NCBI GenBank assembly: GCA_013285995.1
Contig: JABDGN010000003.1
Location: 5,317-69,316, forward strand
Reading direction: 5' to 3'
DNA from: Gammaproteobacteria bacterium
Lineage (GTDB): Bacteria; Pseudomonadota; Gammaproteobacteria; JABDGN01
Length of the DNA stretch: 64,000 bases
Both the position numbers and the translations under genes were made by a program. This document shows, one piece after another, positions 57,879-64,000 of this stretch (its first letter is position 1; each line of letters begins with the position of its first letter). The notes below the pieces were generated by a model. It had not been told where the DNA came from. It did not search any database and worked only from the letters and a program-made list of their open reading frames with translations.

Positions 57879-59276
57879 ATGATAGGAAAGAAAATCTACA
57901 CAGATGTTTTTAAAGCAGTGTTATTAAGCAGCTTGTGCGCAAGTTCAGCTTTAGCTGCCAATGAGTTTACCGGTTCTTTGAGTATTAATAACGCTCAAGT
58001 GTTGAATACTCAAGCATCTAATGCCACTGTGCCTAGCGTGGAAATTAATCATCCCGTGATGTACACGATCACTAACGCAACAGGCAATGCTTTTTACAAA
58101 GTGTATGTGTCTGGTGGTTTACCGAAACATTTTGTGCAAGAAGATGTAGCAGGGCAAATCAATTGCCCTACTAGCGCGGCGCAGGGTATTACGTTGTTGG
58201 CCGGTGCAACTTGCAAATTAAGTGGGTATTTCACAGCTGCATCACCTTACCAACCAAATGGTTCGGTACATTGGAATGTGCTAGTAGATTACTCAACCGA
58301 TGCAAAATCTGCTCCCACCACCAGCGAGCAACTCGCTTTGTCATCTATGGGTGTATCACAACCCGTGTATGTATTTGGTGATAGTTTGTCGGATATGGGT
58401 AATATCAATGCGATGAATTTAACAGGTCCTTATACCAATAACATCGAGCCTACCACACCGGTTAATAAAGATGCTAAAACTTGGGCAGATTATTTGGCAG
58501 TTGCTTTTGGGAATGATGGCATCAAGGCTTCTGAGCAATGCGACGGTGAACCAAAAATTTGTGGTACCGATTTTGCAGTAGGGGGTGCTGTTGCAGGGCC
58601 ATTGCCAGCAGGTTTTGAAGGTTTTCAGGCTACTCTGCTGAGCAGCGAGTTGGATAAATTTTTCGCGATTCATCCTGGTAAAATCGATTCCAATGCAGTG
58701 TATGCAATATGGGCGGGTGGAAATAATTTGCTCTACCCAGCTTTATTAGCGCCTGAAAAAATAACTGATGATTATCTCAAAGATTCTGTAATAGCGATTA
58801 ATGAGAGTGTTGGGCGTTTGAAAGAAATGGGTGCTACTCAAATCGTGGTATTCAATTTACCACCGGTGGGTAATGTGCCCGCTTTCAAGGAGCAAACTGC
58901 GTTGCGAGATACGCTGAATGAACGGGTAATATACTTTAATAACCAACTGCAGACAGCGATAGACGAACTTAATAGAGCAAATCCACAGCATCCTGTTAAG
59001 CTTATCGATATCCATAAAATTTTTGCCAACTATATAGCTGCCTTCAAACCAGGTGAGCCGTATGGTCCCGGCAATGATATTTTTCAAAATATCACTGATA
59101 ATTGCTATGCAGAAGCAGGTAGCAATGATCCTTCAATGGATCCTACGCAAAATGTTATACGTAATGCTTGTAAAGAGCAAAATGGCGATTGGTTTTATTT
59201 CGATGCCGTACATCCGAGTGGTAAAGCACACAAATTCATCTGGAATAATATTAAAGCTGAATTTGCTGGATTGTAA
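57879..59276 (+). CDS. secreted SGNH/GDSL hydrolase with N-terminal beta-rich module
   Basis: AGGAGA RBS; signal peptide; FGDSLSDMGN, WAGGNN, FDAVHP. Confidence 0.9.
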   Translation: MIGKKIYTDVFKAVLLSSLCASSALAANEFTGSLSINNAQVLNTQASNATVPSVEINHPVMYTITNATGNAFYKVYVSGGLPKHFVQEDVAGQINCPTSAAQGITLLAGATCKLSGYFTAASPYQPNGSVHWNVLVDYSTDAKSAPTTSEQLALSSMGVSQPVYVFGDSLSDMGNINAMNLTGPYTNNIEPTTPVNKDAKTWADYLAVAFGNDGIKASEQCDGEPKICGTDFAVGGAVAGPLPAGFEGFQATLLSSELDKFFAIHPGKIDSNAVYAIWAGGNNLLYPALLAPEKITDDYLKDSVIAINESVGRLKEMGATQIVVFNLPPVGNVPAFKEQTALRDTLNERVIYFNNQLQTAIDELNRANPQHPVKLIDIHKIFANYIAAFKPGEPYGPGNDIFQNITDNCYAEAGSNDPSMDPTQNVIRNACKEQNGDWFYFDAVHPSGKAHKFIWNNIKAEFAGL

Positions 59277-59290
59277 GATAAGCAGCTATC

Positions 59291-60607
59291 ATGATGAAAA
59301 CACGTAATAATACCACGGAAAAAGTATTGGGTTTCATAAGCCTGGTGTGTTTTTCTCTGTATTCAATAACTGCACAAGCGGCTGCTGAATTAGCAGTCGA
59401 AGGTAATATACCGACTAAACTGGAAATTAATCATGAGGTCACTTACCAGATTAAAAATATTTCGCAGAATACGTTAACCGATGTTGCTATTGTGGCTCCC
59501 GAATTGGCAAGTGGTTTTGAAACTGTCAGCAATACTTGCCAGGGTTATACCACGCTGCATGCCAATGACAGTTGCAATTATACCTTGCGTTTCACGCATC
59601 CAATTGCTTATGTCAGCGCAACTCAACCCGCGTTTGCATGGAATATCAGCGTAAAATACTCGCTCGCAGGCGAAGTGCGCGAAGCTGTGATTGCAGCGCC
59701 CCCCATTCAAGAAGTTTATCAACCCCTATACGTGTTTGGCGACAGTTTGTCAGATATGGGCAACAATGGTAAGTCAACCAATGCTGAGGGTAACACCTGG
59801 GCTTATTATGTCGCCCAGGCGTTTGGTAATGCCGATATAGGTGCATCAAAAAATGGTGGTACGGATTTTGCCAGGGGAGGCGATACCACCGCCAATTTAA
59901 TTTTACGACAACAAGCTAAGAATGATGAAGGGGATTCAATCCCTCTTATCATTCCCAGTCAATTTGAGTTTTATCAAACGGCCTTGGGTGACCAGGTTGA
60001 TCCTAATGCTTTATATGTGGTGTGGATGGGAGGAAACGACTTTTTATGGTATACGGCAGAATTTAAAGACGATCCTGCTAACGCTGAGCCTAGAATCCAA
60101 GCTGGCGTTAAAAATATTGATAGCTTCTTAGAGAAATTAAATAGCTTGGCAATGGCGAATGCTGTGACTCTCAATGTGGTGGTGATAAGCTTGCCACCCA
60201 TGGGAAATGCGCCTTTATTTGGCCCACTTGAGGAAGGTAAAATCCGTTTAAATTATGATGTCACACAAAGAAACAACCTTAGCCTGGTTGCACAAAATTT
60301 TAATACGCAATTAGAGAATTCTTTGCGTACTAATGAAACCTTATCACATATTAAATGGCGAATGATTGATTCTTATGCCCCTTCACAAAAACTCGTGGAT
60401 GACTTTAACCACAGCACAGAGGTACCTAAACAAGCGTGTGGTTTTACCAACATCAGTAATGAGTCCAAGGATTGGGCGCTGCATAATCAATATTATTATT
60501 GGGATAATGTCCATCCGACGGATGGCGCACATAAATATTTTGCTAAACAATTTATGGCAGCTTATAATGGCACGGTTCATGATTGTAAGCAAAATCCAAT
60601 ACATTGA
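59291..60607 (+). CDS. secreted SGNH/GDSL hydrolase with N-terminal beta-rich module
   Basis: Signal peptide; FGDSLSDMGN, WMGGND, WDNVHPT. Confidence 0.9.
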   Translation: MMKTRNNTTEKVLGFISLVCFSLYSITAQAAAELAVEGNIPTKLEINHEVTYQIKNISQNTLTDVAIVAPELASGFETVSNTCQGYTTLHANDSCNYTLRFTHPIAYVSATQPAFAWNISVKYSLAGEVREAVIAAPPIQEVYQPLYVFGDSLSDMGNNGKSTNAEGNTWAYYVAQAFGNADIGASKNGGTDFARGGDTTANLILRQQAKNDEGDSIPLIIPSQFEFYQTALGDQVDPNALYVVWMGGNDFLWYTAEFKDDPANAEPRIQAGVKNIDSFLEKLNSLAMANAVTLNVVVISLPPMGNAPLFGPLEEGKIRLNYDVTQRNNLSLVAQNFNTQLENSLRTNETLSHIKWRMIDSYAPSQKLVDDFNHSTEVPKQACGFTNISNESKDWALHNQYYYWDNVHPTDGAHKYFAKQFMAAYNGTVHDCKQNPIH

Positions 60608-60611
60608 AAAA

Positions 60612-62066
60612 ATGTCAATAGCAGTTAATTTTTCACAACTTCAGCAGTATATCAATCAAACGTGGGAAGACAAAATTCTTCCCACTTTGATTGATTACAT
60701 CCGTATCCCCAACAAATCTCCATTATTTGATGCCCATTGGGAAGCTAATGGTCACATGGATAAAGCCGTTAAATTATTGGCGGATTGGTGTCATGCGCAC
60801 GCGCCGCGTGGCATGCAGTTGGAAGTGATTCGCGAGCCGGGGCACACGCCGTTAATTTTTATCGAAGTGCCGGGGAACAGCGAACGCACGGTTTTATTAT
60901 ATGGTCATTGCGATAAACAACCGGAAATGACCGGTTGGAATGAAGGTTTAGGTCCTTGGCAACCGGTATTGCGTGGCGATAAATTATATGGTCGTGGTGG
61001 AGCGGATGATGGCTACTCAACTTTTGCCGCCTTAACTGCGATCAATGCCATCCAAGCGCAAGGTTTATCACACCCTCGTTGCGTGATTTTGATTGAAGCC
61101 ACTGAAGAGAGTGGCAGCCAAGATTTATTATTTTACCTTGAGCAATTGTTGCCTCGTATTGGTACCCCCGAACTCATTGTTTGCCTCGATTCAGGTTGCG
61201 TTAACTACGAACAGTTATGGATGACCACTAGTTTGCGCGGTATGGTCAAAGCCACGCTGCGGGTCGACATTTTGCAGGAAGGGGTGCACTCAGGAACAGC
61301 CGGCGGCATTGTGCCCTCGAGCTTTCAAATTGCCCGCCAATTGTTAGATCGGATTGAAGATGCCAACACCGGTAAGCTATTATTGCCGGAATTGTTTGTA
61401 GAGATTCCGCAGCAACGTGTGGAACAAGTCCGCCAGACAGCTGATTTGTTGGGCCAGACCATTCTGGATAATTTTTCTTTTGTTAAGGGTGCGCAAGCCA
61501 TCACTATGGACCCTTATGAATTATTGTTAAATAGTACCTGGCGTCCCGCCTTAGAAATAGTGGGTGCGGATGGATTGCCTAGCATCGGCAATGCCAGCAA
61601 TGTCTTACGGCCTTACACCAGCTTGCGCTTATCATTTCGTCTACCGCCTAGCTGCGATAGCGATCAAGCCGGGGCAGCGATTAAAAAGGCCTTAGAAGCC
61701 AATCCGCCTTATCACGCTAAAATTACCTGTGATATCACCGATAAAGCCGATGGCTGGAATGCGCCTCTTGCTCCTGAAGCCCTGCTAAAAACCTTTCATA
61801 CGGCCTCAGAACATGCCTATGGCAAGCCCTTAATGGCGACGGGTGAGGGCGGTACGATCCCTTTCATGGGCATGTTAGGCAAAAAATTCCCGCAGGCGCA
61901 ATTTTTGGTAACCGGTGTATTAGGCCCTGGGTCAAATGCGCACGGTCCCAATGAATTTCTTCATATCCCGATGGCGAAAAAACTCACCGCGTGTGTTGCG
62001 GAAGTTATCGCAACGTATGCTGTCGCTTTTTCTCAATCGGAAAGTCCAAATCTGCATGACAGCTGA
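60612..62066 (+). CDS. M20-family metallopeptidase
   Basis: [30 protein letters not shown]; start likely ATG 60612. Confidence 0.92.
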   Translation: MSIAVNFSQLQQYINQTWEDKILPTLIDYIRIPNKSPLFDAHWEANGHMDKAVKLLADWCHAHAPRGMQLEVIREPGHTPLIFIEVPGNSERTVLLYGHCDKQPEMTGWNEGLGPWQPVLRGDKLYGRGGADDGYSTFAALTAINAIQAQGLSHPRCVILIEATEESGSQDLLFYLEQLLPRIGTPELIVCLDSGCVNYEQLWMTTSLRGMVKATLRVDILQEGVHSGTAGGIVPSSFQIARQLLDRIEDANTGKLLLPELFVEIPQQRVEQVRQTADLLGQTILDNFSFVKGAQAITMDPYELLLNSTWRPALEIVGADGLPSIGNASNVLRPYTSLRLSFRLPPSCDSDQAGAAIKKALEANPPYHAKITCDITDKADGWNAPLAPEALLKTFHTASEHAYGKPLMATGEGGTIPFMGMLGKKFPQAQFLVTGVLGPGSNAHGPNEFLHIPMAKKLTACVAEVIATYAVAFSQSESPNLHDS

Positions 62067-62158
62067 GCGCCATTTGCGTGATTATTCTGCGCATGCTCCC
62101 ATTGAATTTTCCGCTAATTTGTGCTACAATCTTGCCCCTATTTTTAAGGGGAATAATA

Positions 62159-62584
62159 ATGACTATTGAAAGAACTTTATCCATCATCAAGCCTGATGCA
62201 GTGGCAAAAAATGTGGTGGGCGAAATCATTGCGCGGTTTGAAACAGCCGGCTTAAAAATCGTTGCGGCTAAAATGCAACACTTAAGCCAACAAGAGGCTG
62301 AACAATTTTACGCGGTGCATAAAGCCCGGCCGTTTTTTGCTGATTTAGTCAAATTTATGATTTCTGGTCCGGTGCTAGTGCAAGTGTTGGAAGGCCCTAA
62401 TGCCATCACCAAAAACCGTGATTTAATGGGTGCGACGGATCCGAAGAAAGCCGACAAAGGTACGATTCGTGCCGATTTCGCCGACAGCATTGATGCCAAT
62501 GCCGTGCACGGTTCGGATGCACCAGAAACCGCTAAACAAGAAATCGCATTTTTCTTTGCGGAAAGCGAAATTTTTTCACGGTAA
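62159..62584 (+). CDS. ndk: nucleoside diphosphate kinase
   Basis: [27 protein letters not shown]. Confidence 0.98.
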   Translation: MTIERTLSIIKPDAVAKNVVGEIIARFETAGLKIVAAKMQHLSQQEAEQFYAVHKARPFFADLVKFMISGPVLVQVLEGPNAITKNRDLMGATDPKKADKGTIRADFADSIDANAVHGSDAPETAKQEIAFFFAESEIFSR

Positions 62585-62737
62585 TTATTTAATTTGTTTC
62601 GTCATTCCCGCGCAGGCGGGAATCCAGATCTAGAAACTGAAAGTAGGGTAGAGTTGCTTCAACTTAAAATTTTCATTGAGTTATAAACAAATGTTATTTA
62701 ATGCTGGATTCCCGCCTGCGCGGGAATGACGGAAAAT

Positions 62738-63901
62738 ATGTCAAATCTCGCCGCCAAAACCATTCCCGAACCCACTCCTGAAAAAGTCAACTTACTCAAC
62801 TATGACTTACAAGGTTTGCAGAATTATTTCGTCAGCATCGGCGAGAAACCTTATCGTGCTCAGCAAGTGCTGCAATGGATACACCAATACGGTGTACTCG
62901 ACTTTGAGCAGATGACGAATTTAAGTAAATCTTGCCGGCAATTATTAACTACGCTTACCGATAATCAATTACCTCGTATCGACACCGAACAAATTTCCAA
63001 AGATGGCACCCGCAAATGGTTGCTCACGCTCGCTGATGGCAATGGCATTGAAACCGTTTTTATTCCCGAAGATGATCGTGGCACTTTGTGTGTTTCTTCG
63101 CAAGTCGGTTGCGCCTTAAATTGCAGTTTTTGTTCAACGGGTGCCATGGGTTTCAATCGCGATTTAACCACTGCAGAAATTATTGGTCAAGTCTGGATCG
63201 CGGTGCGGCAATTAGCTAAAGATAATAAACGTCACGATCGCAATATCACCAATGTCGTCATGATGGGCATGGGCGAGCCTTTATTAAATTACGATAAAGT
63301 ATTGCCCGCCATGAATATCATGATGGATGATTATGCTTATGGTTTGTCGAAATATCGCGTTACTTTGAGTACTTCTGGTTTGGTGCCGAAAATGTTGCAG
63401 TTAGCTGAAGAGAGCGAATGTTCTTTAGCCGTGTCATTGCACGCGCCGAATGATACTTTGCGCAACGAATTAGTGCCCATCAATAAAAAATATCCACTCA
63501 AAGAATTAATGGGTGCGTGCCAGGAATTTTTTGGTAAAGATTCGCGTCGCAAAGTGACATTTGAATACACTATGCTACGCGATGTGAATGATACGGCTGC
63601 ACACGCTACGCAGTTGATTAAATTATTGGCTAATATGCCTTGCAAAGTGAACTTGATTCCGTTCAATCCTTTTCCTAATACTAAATATCAATGCTCGGAA
63701 CGGGAGACGATTCTTAAATTTCAAAATGCCTTGCAAAAAGCTGGTTTGAATGTAACAATCCGCAAAACGCGTGGTGAAGACATTGATGCGGCCTGTGGTC
63801 AATTGGCAGGTGAGTTTCAGGATCGCACCAGTCGCTCGCGTGAGCATCGGGTTAAATTGGAATTGATTAAGCCTAAAAAAATCAGTGAGATTAAAATATG
63901 A
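62738..63901 (+). CDS. rlmN: dual-specificity RNA methyltransferase RlmN
   Basis: [32 protein letters not shown]. Confidence 0.97.
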   Translation: MSNLAAKTIPEPTPEKVNLLNYDLQGLQNYFVSIGEKPYRAQQVLQWIHQYGVLDFEQMTNLSKSCRQLLTTLTDNQLPRIDTEQISKDGTRKWLLTLADGNGIETVFIPEDDRGTLCVSSQVGCALNCSFCSTGAMGFNRDLTTAEIIGQVWIAVRQLAKDNKRHDRNITNVVMMGMGEPLLNYDKVLPAMNIMMDDYAYGLSKYRVTLSTSGLVPKMLQLAEESECSLAVSLHAPNDTLRNELVPINKKYPLKELMGACQEFFGKDSRRKVTFEYTMLRDVNDTAAHATQLIKLLANMPCKVNLIPFNPFPNTKYQCSERETILKFQNALQKAGLNVTIRKTRGEDIDAACGQLAGEFQDRTSRSREHRVKLELIKPKKISEIKI

Positions 63902-64000
63902 TGAAACTATTCTTTCGTTTAAGCATTTTGGCTTTGTTAAGCATATTGCTAGCTGCCTGTGCTAATCATGCGCAAATGGATGCTGATGCAGCTGCTCAAG
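63898..64000 (+). CDS. lipoprotein, N-terminus only (probably type IV pilus PilF/PilW by synteny)
   Basis: [21 protein letters not shown] lipobox; overlaps the rlmN stop; truncated by the window end. Confidence 0.55.
   Translation, partial: MMKLFFRLSILALLSILLAACANHAQMDADAAAQ

Noticed and set aside
60366..60611. long N-terminal extensions in the ORF track (M20 peptidase; also prmB, tig, ppiD, rnhA, ndk)
   Set aside because: They overlap upstream genes or repeats; family homology begins at downstream ATGs

Overview
A 64 kb chromosomal window from a gammaproteobacterium. Gene content, effector-like ORFs and PmrA-type boxes suggest a Legionellales/Coxiellales-like, probably protist-associated organism (inference). 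The right two-thirds is mostly core genes: thrABC, metNIQ, tig-clpP-clpX-lon-hupB-ppiD, mltD, rnhA, dnaQ, dapA-bamC-purC, murB-ftsQ, serC, hflKC-purA, ndk-rlmN, four tRNAs, and a three-gene cluster of secreted SGNH/GDSL hydrolases. The left third is accessory and holds two candidate RiPP systems. The first is a split-borosin cluster (two short paralogous precursors, an alpha-N-methyltransferase and an MFS exporter) beside an IS3 remnant. The second is an HExxH-motif enzyme plus methyltransferase operon headed by a 43-aa peptide gene missing from the ORF track, under a perfect PmrA-type box. Also present: a candidate CsrA-binding sRNA next to csrA, a 2744-aa low-complexity protein with eukaryote-like motifs, a 648-aa effector-like protein, back-to-back leader/attenuator elements for thrABC and metQ, and several families of REP/REPIN-like repeats. 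All calls are from motif recognition by eye; no searches were run.
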